Source of the DNA: Gemmatimonadota bacterium
GTDB lineage: Bacteria > Gemmatimonadota > Gemmatimonadetes > Gemmatimonadales > Gemmatimonadaceae
NCBI GenBank assembly: GCA_031418115.1
Contig: JANOWT010000101.1
Span: 1-51,907, forward strand
Length of the DNA: 51,907 bases
Direction: 5' to 3'
Within the stretch, counting starts at the first letter, position 1. Each line of letters begins with the position of its first letter. Shown here piece after piece: positions 25,392 through 35,282 of the stretch. The translations under genes and the position numbers were made by a program. The notes below the pieces were generated by a model. The model saw only the letters and a list, made by a program, of their open reading frames with translations, was not told the origin of the DNA and ran no database searches.

Positions 25392-27665
25392 ATGATCCGG
25401 CGCCGTTCCGGCCTGGCGGGACTGGCGCTGCTGCTCTCGGCGGCGTCCGCCATCGGCGCGCAGGAGACCCGGTGCGAGCGCGGTGATGTCGAAGTGCGGT
25501 CGCTCGCGTTCTCGGGCAACCGGGCGTTCAACGACGCCACGCTCGCGATGGGGATCGTGACGACGCCGTCGACCTGGGCGCGGCGCGTACTCCGTCTGGT
25601 CGGCACCAAGCACTGCCTCGACCAGAAGGAGTTCCCGCTCGACGTCCTGCGCCTCACGTTCTGGTACCGCAATCACGGTTTCATCGACGCGACGGTCGAC
25701 ACCGTCGTCACGCGTGTGGGCGTGAGACGCGTAGCCGTCCGGTTCGACATCATCGAGGGCTCACCGGTGGTGGTCGACACCGTGCGCTTCGAGGGACTCG
25801 ACGCCGTGCCCGAGCGCGCGCGGATCATCGCCGGGCTCCCGTCACGCGTTGGCGGTCGGTTCGACCGCTACTCGAACCGCGCCACGAAGGACACGATAAC
25901 CCGGCGGCTGCGCGACGGGGGCTACCCCGACGCCGAAGCGTTCCTCGGTTACGATCTCCGCACCACCGCGCGCTCGGCCACGGTGATCTTCTCGGTGCTG
26001 CCGGGTCCGCGCCGCCGCATCGGGAGGATCGATCTCAAACGCACTGGTCTCAACGGGCGTCCCCCTGAGGTGACGGAACGGTCGGTGCGGCGACTCGCGG
26101 GGCTCGAGCAGGGCGACCTCTATCGCGAGCGCGATCTGGAACAGGCCAAGCGGACGCTCTATCAGAGCGAGGCGTTCACGCAGGTCGAGGTACAGCCCGG
26201 CCCCGTAGGCACCGACTCGCTGTTCACCGTCGACATCGACGTCACCGAGGCCGCGTTGCGTTCGGCGCGACTCGGCGGCGGTTGGGGGACGCTCGACTGC
26301 TTCCGCACGACTGCTGAGTTCACTGAGGCCAACCTGTTCAAGACGGCGACCCGGCTCGAGCTCCGGAGCCGCGTCTCGAAGATCGGAATGGGAGATCCGC
26401 TGGGCGGTGCCGAACGGCTCTGCAGCCGGACGGCGACCGAGGACACGTACGGGCGGTTCCTCAACTACTACACCAGCATCACGCTGAGCCAGCCCTCGCT
26501 GCAGCGCGCGAGCTTCGTACCGACGCTCTCGCTCTATTCGGAACGGAGGTCAGAGTTCAAGGCGTTCCTGCGCACCGCGCCGATCGGTGCGAGCCTCGCG
26601 CTCAACCGGTCGGTGCCGCGGCGATCGCTCAACCTCGGCTACAGCATCGAGCTCGGGCGCACCGAGGCGCAGCCGGCGCTCTTCTGCGCCGTCTTCAGCG
26701 TCTGCGTCGAGGACGACCGGCTGGCGTTGCAGCAGCTCCAGCGTGTCGCGGTGCTCAGTGCCGCAACCAGCTATGAGCGCGCTGACAACGCGGGCGATCC
26801 TTCGCGTGGCGTCGTGGCGCGCGGCGACGTGCGCTACGCGTCGAAGTTCACCGGCTCCGACGAGGCAGTGCAGTTCGCGCGCATCACGTCCGACGGCACC
26901 GTGTACCGTCCGCTCGGTCGCGACATCGTGCTCGCGGTGCGCGTTCGGGTCGGTGGTGTGCTCGGCCCCACGCTCGCGCTCGACAAGAATGCGAGCTTCG
27001 TCCCGGCGCAGGAGCGTCTCTTCGCGGGCGGTCCCAGCACCGTGCGCGGCTTTCAGCAGAACGAACTCGGGCCGGCGGTGTACATTCCAGAGCGCTACGA
27101 CACCATCTCGGTGGCGACCGGACTGCCCGTGACCGGTGCGATCGCGATCGGACAGCAGGTTTGGTTCCGCTCCGACAGTGCGTCGCCGCAGCGGGCTGTG
27201 CCGACCGGTGGCAATGCGATGGTCGTGGGGAATCTCGAGCTCCGCTTCGTGAGCCCGTTCCTCGCCGAGTTGCTCAAGTGGACGGCGTTCGTCGACGTCG
27301 GCCGCGTGTGGAACCGTGGCGCGGGATCGGAGCGCCTCCAGTTCGCGACGCTCGCCGCGACACCGGGTTTCGGCGTGCGGATCCGCACACCGATCGGCTA
27401 CCTGCGTGCCGATCTCGCGTACAACCCGTACGAGCGTCCGTCGGGTGCGGCCTATTTCGACGCGCCGCTCACCGAAGGCGGCGCGCTCTATTGCGTGAGT
27501 CCCGACAACACGCTCGCCGTGACCAAACAGGTCGATCCGGCGAACGCCTCGCGCACGATCCTCACACAGGTCGCAGGCATCTGTCCCAGCAGTTTCCGGC
27601 CACCGCGCGGCAACAGCTTCCTCAGTCGCCTGCGTCCCTCGATCGCGATCGGACAGGCGTTCTAG
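25392..27665 (+). CDS. tamA: Omp85/BamA-TamA family outer-membrane protein
   Basis: Signal peptide, POTRA-like repeats, RLFAGGPSTVRGF loop-6 motif, C-terminal IGQAF; directly upstream of tamB. Confidence 0.85.
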   Translation: MIRRRSGLAGLALLLSAASAIGAQETRCERGDVEVRSLAFSGNRAFNDATLAMGIVTTPSTWARRVLRLVGTKHCLDQKEFPLDVLRLTFWYRNHGFIDATVDTVVTRVGVRRVAVRFDIIEGSPVVVDTVRFEGLDAVPERARIIAGLPSRVGGRFDRYSNRATKDTITRRLRDGGYPDAEAFLGYDLRTTARSATVIFSVLPGPRRRIGRIDLKRTGLNGRPPEVTERSVRRLAGLEQGDLYRERDLEQAKRTLYQSEAFTQVEVQPGPVGTDSLFTVDIDVTEAALRSARLGGGWGTLDCFRTTAEFTEANLFKTATRLELRSRVSKIGMGDPLGGAERLCSRTATEDTYGRFLNYYTSITLSQPSLQRASFVPTLSLYSERRSEFKAFLRTAPIGASLALNRSVPRRSLNLGYSIELGRTEAQPALFCAVFSVCVEDDRLALQQLQRVAVLSAATSYERADNAGDPSRGVVARGDVRYASKFTGSDEAVQFARITSDGTVYRPLGRDIVLAVRVRVGGVLGPTLALDKNASFVPAQERLFAGGPSTVRGFQQNELGPAVYIPERYDTISVATGLPVTGAIAIGQQVWFRSDSASPQRAVPTGGNAMVVGNLELRFVSPFLAELLKWTAFVDVGRVWNRGAGSERLQFATLAATPGFGVRIRTPIGYLRADLAYNPYERPSGAAYFDAPLTEGGALYCVSPDNTLAVTKQVDPANASRTILTQVAGICPSSFRPPRGNSFLSRLRPSIAIGQAF

Positions 27666-27668
27666 CGC

Positions 27669-30600
27669 ATGGGACGCCGCCGCCTCGTCGCCCTCGTGAG
27701 CGCCCTGCTGATGCTCGTCATCGGCGCGGCGGTGATCGGAGCGTTCGCGACCGCGACGCAGAGCGACCGTGGTCGCGACTTCATCCGGCGTGTCGTTCAG
27801 GCGCAGTTGTCGAGGTCCGTGAAGGGCACCTTCCATTTGGGGACGCTCAGCGGCTCGTTCATCACGGACCTCGCGGTCGACTCGATCGAGATCCGCGACG
27901 AGGCCGACTCACTATTCGCGGCCACGGGCCCGATCCGCCTCACGTTCGACCCGCGCGACCTGATGGACGGCCGCCTGATCATCCGGTCTGTCGAGATCGC
28001 GAGGCCTCACGTTGAGATGCGGCGCGAGCAGAATGGCGCCTGGAACACGGACAGGATCTGGCCGAGACCCGAGGTCCCGCGGCGCATCAAGAGTCGGGCG
28101 TCGTTCGCCAGCGTGCTCGTGCTCGAGCAGATCAGGGTGACCGCAGGCGAATACTCCGCGACCCAACCGTGGGCACCTGCCGACTCGCTGCGCGGCGCGG
28201 CGCGGGACTCGGCGATCACGGCCGTGCTCAACGACGGCTACTCCGAGACCCGTCGAGCCGGCCCGCGACGATTCACGCGGACCTTGCGCTGGCGCGGCAT
28301 CAATGCCGACATCCCTCGCCTACGCCTCGCGTATCCCGATTCACTGGGCCGATTCTTCGAGATCGCGCGCCTCGACGCTGTTGAGTCGAACCCACCATTC
28401 GACTTCCGTGACGTGCGGGGCACGGTGCGCTGGATAGGCGACTCGATCTGGTTCGACCTCCCCCACTTCGCGCTCACCAACTCGTCGGGTCGCGCGAACG
28501 GGAAGGTCTGGATCCAGCCCGGTGTGATGACGCACTATCAGGTCCACGTCGAAGGCGATTCGGTCGCCCTCGCTGACGTGGCGTGGATCGCGCCGTCGCT
28601 GCCCACCGAGGGCAACGGGCGGATGACGCTCGACATCAGCAACGCACGCGGCATTCCCAATGGGCTCGTGTACGCGATCAGTGGCATGGACGTGCGGTCA
28701 CACAAGTCCCGCGTGCGCGGCAAGATGACCTGGGTGATCGGCGGGCCGGTCGCGATCCTGAAGGACGTCGACATCGAAGGGCTTCCGATCGACTTCGACC
28801 TGATCGAGCGGTTCAATCAGGGGCCGTTCCCGTATCCGTTCGCCGGACAGATCACCGCCCGGATGCGGGGCCGTGGCGGTCCGCTCAACCGGTTCATGAT
28901 CGACGACCTGCGATTCCTCTACCGCGACGGCAACGTCGCGGGCGCGGTCTCGCAGGGACGTGCGCGCGGCGAGCTCGACATCCTGGTGCCCGCCAACGCG
29001 ACCTTCCGTCGCTTCACCGTGGAACTCGACTCGTTCGACCTGCGCACACCGCAGGCGATCAACCCGGGCTTTCCCGCACTCGCGGGGAAGATGGCGATGG
29101 TCGCGGTGCTCGATTCCTCCTGGTTGGACGTGCGGTTCTCCGACGCTGACCTCACGCATCGCGACGGCGATCTCCCCGAGTCCCGCTTCACCGGGAGTGG
29201 TCGGCTCACGTCGGGCGAGATCGAGATGGCCTACGACGTCGCGTTCGACGCGCAGCCGATCTCGATGACGACGCTCGCGAAGTCGTTCCCCGGTATCCCT
29301 CTCCGCGGCGAGTTCTCGGGGCCGCTCAAGGTGTCGGGCACGCTGCGCGACCTCTTGGTCGTTGCCGACCTGTCGAGTGAGGCCGGGCGCATCGAGGCCG
29401 ACGTCCGGCTCGACGCCGAGGCGCCGCGCTACCGGCTCACGGGCGAGACCCGACTCACGCAGTTCGATCCGCAGGTCGCGTTCGATGACCTGAGCATGCC
29501 GAGCGGCGAGCTCACGGCGCGATTCGTCGCTGACATCCGCGGCGACTCGCTCGCCGATCTCGAAGGGAGTGCCTCGGTGGTCGTCGATCGCTCGACGCTC
29601 TCCGGAGTCCGCATCTTCGCCGGCGACTCGCGCATGCGGTTCGCCGACGGAAAGGTGTACGTGGACACGCTGCACCTCGAGACGACCGCACTCGAGCTCG
29701 TTGCGTCGGGTGCGCTGGGCCTGCATGCGGGACGCACCGACTCGGTGATAGTGCGTGCTCGCGCCGACTCGCTCGGTGGGTTCCGTCGCTGGATCGCATC
29801 CAGCGTGACCGATTCGCTCGCCGGCGCGTTGCGTCTCGACGGGATCGCGAAAGGTTGGGTGCGCGACTTCGCGTTCGACGCGACGCTCGACGGAGCGGGG
29901 CTGCTCAGCGGCGCCTCGAGCGCGCGCCTGATCACGGGGGACGCCGAGCTCACTGGGCTCCCGACGACGCCGAAGGGGACGCTGACGATCGCCGCCGACA
30001 CCATGCGCGCCGCCGGGTTCGCGATCGATCGCGCGTTCATACGCGCGACACTCGACGGCACGGAGCGCAGCACGATCGACCTCGACCTGACCGCAGCCAA
30101 CGGCACGCGCGCCGAAGCGCGAGCGCTCGTCGCGCGATCGGCGGACACGTTGCAGGTGGTGCTCGATTCGCTGATGTTGCGCACCGGACAGCAGCGCTGG
30201 TCGCTCGCCTGGCCCGCCACCTTCACGAGCGGGCCTCAAGGATTCTTCGTCGACTCGTTCCAGATCGGGGGGCGCGACTCCTCGATGTTCCGCATCGCCG
30301 GCCAGCTGCCCCGCGACGGCGCGCTCGACCTGGCGTTCCGTGCCCGTGGACTCCCCGTCGCCGACCTCGCCCAGTTGCTCCAGGTCACCGGCACGCAGGA
30401 AGGAACCGTCGATCTCGACGGCCGGTTGCAGGGCACGCGCGCCGTTCCGACGTTGGACGCGCGCGCCTCGTTGCGGAACGGACTGATCGCCGGCGTGCGC
30501 CTCGACACGCTCGACTTCACTGCGACCGCCGTCGCCGATGCGCTGCGCTTCACCGCGGCGCTGGGTCAGCCGGCGCGGCCGATGATGCGCGCTGAAGGGA

Positions 30601-32201
30601 CCCTGCCGCTCGCACTGCGTCTTGACGGTGCGGGTCCCGGGATGCTGGAGGACGCACCGGTGAGCGCGACCTTCCGCGCCGACACGGTGAGTCTCCGCCT
30701 CTTCGAGTCGCTCACCAAGCGCAACACCGGCGATCCCGGGAACTTCGCGCTCACACTCGATCTCAGTGGCACCTGGAGCGATCCGAGGCTCGACGGCCGC
30801 CTGCTCGTGCGCAACGGCGACCTGGCGATCACCCCGCTCGGCGATGTCCGGTGGCGCAATATCAACGCCGACATCGGGCTGATCGGCGACAGTCTCGCGA
30901 TCCGTCGCCTCTTGGCGACGTCGAGCGTGGAGGGACGCGATGGTCGCGCATCGATCTCCGGCTGGATGACGATCGACGACCTCGAGAATCCGAGATTCGA
31001 CCTCACTGCGCGCGCCACGGCGTTCCACGCATACAAGGTCCGCAACGTCGCCGACATCGATCTCTCGGACAGTCTGCGGATCGACGGCACGCTCAGTGCC
31101 GCGACGCTCCGCGGTGGTCTCACGGTCGACCGTGCGATCATCAGCATTCCGGAGATCGCGACCAAGAGCGTGATCTCGCTCGTCGAATTCGATCGGTTCG
31201 GCGTGATCGACACCACGCGACTCCTCGATCGTCGATTCGCGCCGACGGCGCTGCCGGTCATCGTCCGCAACCTCACTGTGCGCAACGTGCCGATCCGGAT
31301 GGGGCGCGACGTCTGGCTGCGGTCGGAAGAAGCGAACATCAATCTTGGTGGGCAGGTCTCGATCACGCGCGCGCAGGACTCCCGCGGTCGCGCTGATCGT
31401 GAGGCGCAGATAGCCCTCACCGGCGCGCTCCAGACCGTCCGCGGCAGCTACCGGCTCGACCTCGGACCGGTGCAGCGCACCTTCGAGGTGGAGCGGGGAG
31501 AGATCCGCTGGTTCGGCGACGCTGACTACGTGTTCAATCCGTCGCTCGACATCGGCGCGTTGCACACGGTGCGTCAGTACAGCAAGCAGGGATCGCAGCC
31601 CGATGTGCGTGTGCGGGTCAACATCGGCGGGACGTTGCTCGAGCCGACGGCGTTGCTCTCCACGCCAGACTCGTCGCGCGTGAAGTCCGCCGACCTCATC
31701 AGCTATCTCGTCACCGGCGGACCGAGCTTCGAGATCGGCGGCCGTAGTACCAACTACACCTCAACCGCCGCGCGCGTGCTGATCAGTTCGCTCGGGAGCG
31801 TGCTCGGCGGCAAGGCCGGCGGACTCTGCGACGACGCGCGTCTCTCCACCTCGGGGATCGAGGAGGGGGGCCAAGGGATCCGGGGCAGCACGGCGGCCGT
31901 GCTCGAAGGAACACGCTTCAACTGCGGAAAGCAGTACGGCGACCGCGCGTTCGTCCGCCTCGACGCTGGTCTTTGCCAGGTGGGCCAGTTGGTGCAGGGC
32001 GGTGGCGGTGGCACCGCGAGCGCCCTGGCGAACTCGATCGGCGTAAAGATCGACTATCTGTTGCAGCGCGGCCTTACGCTCTCAGCCGGCGTCGAGCCGC
32101 CTACGAGCGCGGTGCTCTGTTCGCAGAGCATAAACGCGCGTGGCTTCGTCCCCACACCGAAGCAGTTCGGATTCGACCTCTTCCGCGCCTGGCGCTTCTA
32201 G
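27669..32201 (+). CDS. tamB: Translocation and assembly module TamB (AsmA-like, DUF490)
   Basis: N-terminal TM anchor, 1510-aa beta-taco-like repeats, C-terminal NPSLDI..VNIGGTL.EP..S..DLISYLVTG, ends in WRF. Confidence 0.87.
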   Translation: MGRRRLVALVSALLMLVIGAAVIGAFATATQSDRGRDFIRRVVQAQLSRSVKGTFHLGTLSGSFITDLAVDSIEIRDEADSLFAATGPIRLTFDPRDLMDGRLIIRSVEIARPHVEMRREQNGAWNTDRIWPRPEVPRRIKSRASFASVLVLEQIRVTAGEYSATQPWAPADSLRGAARDSAITAVLNDGYSETRRAGPRRFTRTLRWRGINADIPRLRLAYPDSLGRFFEIARLDAVESNPPFDFRDVRGTVRWIGDSIWFDLPHFALTNSSGRANGKVWIQPGVMTHYQVHVEGDSVALADVAWIAPSLPTEGNGRMTLDISNARGIPNGLVYAISGMDVRSHKSRVRGKMTWVIGGPVAILKDVDIEGLPIDFDLIERFNQGPFPYPFAGQITARMRGRGGPLNRFMIDDLRFLYRDGNVAGAVSQGRARGELDILVPANATFRRFTVELDSFDLRTPQAINPGFPALAGKMAMVAVLDSSWLDVRFSDADLTHRDGDLPESRFTGSGRLTSGEIEMAYDVAFDAQPISMTTLAKSFPGIPLRGEFSGPLKVSGTLRDLLVVADLSSEAGRIEADVRLDAEAPRYRLTGETRLTQFDPQVAFDDLSMPSGELTARFVADIRGDSLADLEGSASVVVDRSTLSGVRIFAGDSRMRFADGKVYVDTLHLETTALELVASGALGLHAGRTDSVIVRARADSLGGFRRWIASSVTDSLAGALRLDGIAKGWVRDFAFDATLDGAGLLSGASSARLITGDAELTGLPTTPKGTLTIAADTMRAAGFAIDRAFIRATLDGTERSTIDLDLTAANGTRAEARALVARSADTLQVVLDSLMLRTGQQRWSLAWPATFTSGPQGFFVDSFQIGGRDSSMFRIAGQLPRDGALDLAFRARGLPVADLAQLLQVTGTQEGTVDLDGRLQGTRAVPTLDARASLRNGLIAGVRLDTLDFTATAVADALRFTAALGQPARPMMRAEGTLPLALRLDGAGPGMLEDAPVSATFRADTVSLRLFESLTKRNTGDPGNFALTLDLSGTWSDPRLDGRLLVRNGDLAITPLGDVRWRNINADIGLIGDSLAIRRLLATSSVEGRDGRASISGWMTIDDLENPRFDLTARATAFHAYKVRNVADIDLSDSLRIDGTLSAATLRGGLTVDRAIISIPEIATKSVISLVEFDRFGVIDTTRLLDRRFAPTALPVIVRNLTVRNVPIRMGRDVWLRSEEANINLGGQVSITRAQDSRGRADREAQIALTGALQTVRGSYRLDLGPVQRTFEVERGEIRWFGDADYVFNPSLDIGALHTVRQYSKQGSQPDVRVRVNIGGTLLEPTALLSTPDSSRVKSADLISYLVTGGPSFEIGGRSTNYTSTAARVLISSLGSVLGGKAGGLCDDARLSTSGIEEGGQGIRGSTAAVLEGTRFNCGKQYGDRAFVRLDAGLCQVGQLVQGGGGGTASALANSIGVKIDYLLQRGLTLSAGVEPPTSAVLCSQSINARGFVPTPKQFGFDLFRAWRF

Positions 32202-32202
32202 C

Positions 32203-33708
32203 GTGAGCGGCGCGGAGCACGCCCCGCATCCGCAGCGCGACTCAGGCGAGCGTCCCGCGGTGCTCCTTCGCTCGGCCGCGTTGCGCTCCCTCGTGGCGGG
32301 TGCCTCCGACGCGATCTACGTGATCGACTCCGACGGGGCGCTGCTCATGGCCAACGCCGCCACCGGAGCGCTCCTCGGTGCGCCGTGCGAGCAGCTCGTC
32401 GGCCGTACGGCGTTGGTCTACGTCGACACGCCGGACCAGGCGCGGGTGGAGCATGAGATGCGCAGAGTGCTCGCGGGCGAACCGCGTCGACTCGAGTGTG
32501 CGGTGCTGCGTACCGACGGCACGCGCCGTTTGATCTCGGTGGCCGCCACACCGGCGTACGACACCGGCGTCGTCACCGGTGCGTTCTGTGTGGCGCGCGA
32601 CGTGACCGAAGAACGCCAGCAGGCCGAAGCACTGGAACGTGCCGAATCGAGGTACACGCGGCTCTTCGAGATCGCCGAGGACGCGATCGCCACGATGGAC
32701 GAGGCGGGGGTGCTCACATCGGTGAATCGCGCGTTGGAGGAGGTCGCGGGGCGGACGCGCCAGCAGATGGTCGGGCGGCACTTCATCGAGTTCGTCGAGG
32801 AGCAAGAACGCTCGGGGATGTGGCAGGTCTTCGCGTCCGCGCTCGCCGGAGAGCGACCCGCTCGTGAGCTGCACTTCACGGGCAGGGATGATCGCCGCGG
32901 CGTCGCCACGGTACGTGCGGCCCCGATCACCGAGCACGAGCGTGTCGTCGGGGTGCTCGTGGTCGTCCGCGATGTGACTGAGGAGCACCGTTTGGTGGCG
33001 GAGGTGGTGCGGCGCGAGAAACTCGCGGCCCTCGGCGAGATCGTCGGCGGAGTGGCGCACGAGATCAACACGCCGCTCACGGGGATCCTGGCCTTCGCGC
33101 AGATCCTCCTCGCCCGCGGTGTACCCGATGAGGCCGCACGGCAGGCCGCCGAGACGATCGTCGCCGAGGCGAAGCGTGCGGCGCGAATCGTCGCGTCGCT
33201 GCTGACCTTCGCGCGGCAGACGCCCACCGATCGCTCGCGAACGGATGTGAATCAACTGCTCGGTCAGACGGTCGAGCTTCGACGGATCGCGCTCGGGAAC
33301 AGTGGCATCGACATCGTGGTCGACCTCGACCCCACCGTGCCGGTCACCTGGGCCGACGCCGGACAACTGCAGCAGGTCTTCCTCAACCTGATCGCCAATG
33401 CCGAGCAGGCACTGAGCGCCGCCGTGTCGCGGCGGATCGTCGTGAGCTCGAGACGTCAGGGCGAGCGCGTCGTCGTCGGCGTCCGTGATTCGGGATCCGG
33501 CATTGCGCCTGAGCATCTCCCGCACATCTTCAATCCATTCTACACGACCAAGCCGCGGGGCATCGGGACCGGTCTCGGCCTCTCGATCTCCGACGGCATC
33601 GTCCGAGGCCACGACGGGACGCTCCGCGTGCAGTCGGAGCTGGGAGCAGGGGCGCTCTTCGAGGTCATTCTCCCGGTCGTCTCCCCACCCGTGCCGGTCC
33701 CGGTCTGA
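32203..33708 (+). CDS. Cytoplasmic PAS-PAS sensor histidine kinase
   Basis: Two PAS domains (ending RDVTE), H-box GVAHEINTPL, N-box NLIANA, DSGSGI, FNPFYTTK, GTGLGL. No TM segments. Confidence 0.92.
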   Translation: MSGAEHAPHPQRDSGERPAVLLRSAALRSLVAGASDAIYVIDSDGALLMANAATGALLGAPCEQLVGRTALVYVDTPDQARVEHEMRRVLAGEPRRLECAVLRTDGTRRLISVAATPAYDTGVVTGAFCVARDVTEERQQAEALERAESRYTRLFEIAEDAIATMDEAGVLTSVNRALEEVAGRTRQQMVGRHFIEFVEEQERSGMWQVFASALAGERPARELHFTGRDDRRGVATVRAAPITEHERVVGVLVVVRDVTEEHRLVAEVVRREKLAALGEIVGGVAHEINTPLTGILAFAQILLARGVPDEAARQAAETIVAEAKRAARIVASLLTFARQTPTDRSRTDVNQLLGQTVELRRIALGNSGIDIVVDLDPTVPVTWADAGQLQQVFLNLIANAEQALSAAVSRRIVVSSRRQGERVVVGVRDSGSGIAPEHLPHIFNPFYTTKPRGIGTGLGLSISDGIVRGHDGTLRVQSELGAGALFEVILPVVSPPVPVPV

Positions 33709-33712
33709 GCGC

Positions 33713-35059
33713 ATGGCCAGCATACTGATCATCGACGACGAGGTCGCGATCGCCACGGCGTTCGCCATGTTCTTCCGGCATGACGGCGCCCATCAGGTCA
33801 CCGAGGCGCACAGCGGTCAGGAGGGCATTGACGCGTATCGCCTGTTGCGTCCTGACCTCGTGCTCCTCGACGTCCGTCTGCCGGACATGACGGGATTCGA
33901 CGTCCTCGACGCGATCCGGGACGACCATCCGGTCGTCATCATGGTGACCGCGTACGGCGACGTCCAGATGGCCGTTGACGCTCTGCACCGCGGCGCCGAG
34001 AACTTCCTCACCAAGCCGGTCGACCTGAGTCATCTCTCGGCGGCCGCAGAACGTGCGCTCGAGAAAGCGCAGCTGCGGCGGCTCAGTCGCTGGCTCACGA
34101 GCAAGCGCGGGGACGGCAAGGGCGTCATCTTCGGCGCCTCACCGTCCATGCGCGAGCTGCAGGCGCAGGTGCAACTGCTCGCGGGGAGTGATCGCACGAC
34201 GGCGCTGGTGCTCGGAGAGAGTGGTGCCGGCAAGGGTCGCACGGCCGAGCTGATGCACGCGCAGAGTCCGCGGGCCGCGCATCCGTTCGTCGAAGTCAAC
34301 TGCGCGACGCTGCGTCCTGAGTCGCTCGACGCCGAGCTCTTCGGCGTGGAGGGGGACGCGAGTGGTCTCCGGGCCTCACTCGGTGCGTTCGAGGTGGCCG
34401 ACGGCGGAACGCTGTTCCTCGACGAGATCTGTGACCTCGACCTCGCACTTCAGCCCAAGCTCGTGCGGGTGCTCGAGGGAAAGGGGTTCCGGCGGGTCGG
34501 CGGCAGCGCCGAGTTCACCCCGAACGTTCGCGTGATCGCTGCGTCGTCGAAGGATCTGAGCGCGGAGGTCGCGGCGGGCCGCTTTCGTGAGGATCTCTAC
34601 TACCGCCTCGCGGTGATGCCGATCCAGCTGCCACCGCTCCGGGCTCGGGCCCGCGAGGACCTCGTGGAACTCGTCGCGGCCGTGCACGATGCCCTCGCGT
34701 CGTCGGTGCCGGGTGCGCCGACCATGATCACGGACGAGGCGCTCGATGCGCTGCTTCGGTACCCGTGGCCCGGGAACATCCGCGAGCTGCGCAATGTGAT
34801 CGAGCGCGCGATGCTCGTCGCCCGCGGCCATTCCGCGATCGATGTGCCACACCTGCCGCGCGAGGTCCAGGGCGCCACCGGGGGTGCCGTCGCGCATCAC
34901 GAGCCACATTCGCTCGCCGACGTCGAGCGGGCGCATATCGATCGTACGCTGCGCGCCCACGCGCACAACCGCACGTACGCCGCGCGCGAACTCGGTATCT
35001 CGCGCGCGACGCTCATCAAGAAGATCCGCCAGTACGATCTGCCGGAGAAGCCGCGATGA
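33713..35059 (+). CDS. NtrC/AtoC-family response regulator (REC-AAA+-Fis HTH) lacking GAFTGA
   Basis: IIDDE, LLDVRLPD, KP, GESGAGK, GGTLFLDEI, FREDLYYRL, WPGNIREL, AARELGISRATL. Confidence 0.92.
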   Translation: MASILIIDDEVAIATAFAMFFRHDGAHQVTEAHSGQEGIDAYRLLRPDLVLLDVRLPDMTGFDVLDAIRDDHPVVIMVTAYGDVQMAVDALHRGAENFLTKPVDLSHLSAAAERALEKAQLRRLSRWLTSKRGDGKGVIFGASPSMRELQAQVQLLAGSDRTTALVLGESGAGKGRTAELMHAQSPRAAHPFVEVNCATLRPESLDAELFGVEGDASGLRASLGAFEVADGGTLFLDEICDLDLALQPKLVRVLEGKGFRRVGGSAEFTPNVRVIAASSKDLSAEVAAGRFREDLYYRLAVMPIQLPPLRARAREDLVELVAAVHDALASSVPGAPTMITDEALDALLRYPWPGNIRELRNVIERAMLVARGHSAIDVPHLPREVQGATGGAVAHHEPHSLADVERAHIDRTLRAHAHNRTYAARELGISRATLIKKIRQYDLPEKPR

Positions 35060-35095
35060 ACGTCACACTGCGGCGAGTCCACTTTGGGAGGACAC

Positions 35096-35281
35096 ATGAG
35101 TGAACGCGATGTGATGGTCTGCCGGTCGTGTGGCAGGGATGAACGCGCCTCGGAGGGATATCCGTGCGAGCGCTGCGGCACCTTCATCTGCCAGGTCTGC
35201 TCGCTGCGTGGCGTGACGATCTGCGCCAAGTGCACCGACGAGGTCGCGAAGGGCGCGCCCGCGACGATCGCGCAGTCATGA
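35096..35281 (+). CDS. Small 61-aa protein with four CxxC pairs (putative double Zn-finger)
   Basis: GGAGG SD at 35087-35091; CRSC, CERC, CQVC, CAKC. Confidence 0.8.
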   Translation: MSERDVMVCRSCGRDERASEGYPCERCGTFICQVCSLRGVTICAKCTDEVAKGAPATIAQS

Positions 35282-35282
35282 A

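Noticed and set aside
28698-31565. 955-aa minus-strand ORF
   Set aside because: Antisense to tamB, Arg-rich and motif-free; a typical high-GC shadow frame.
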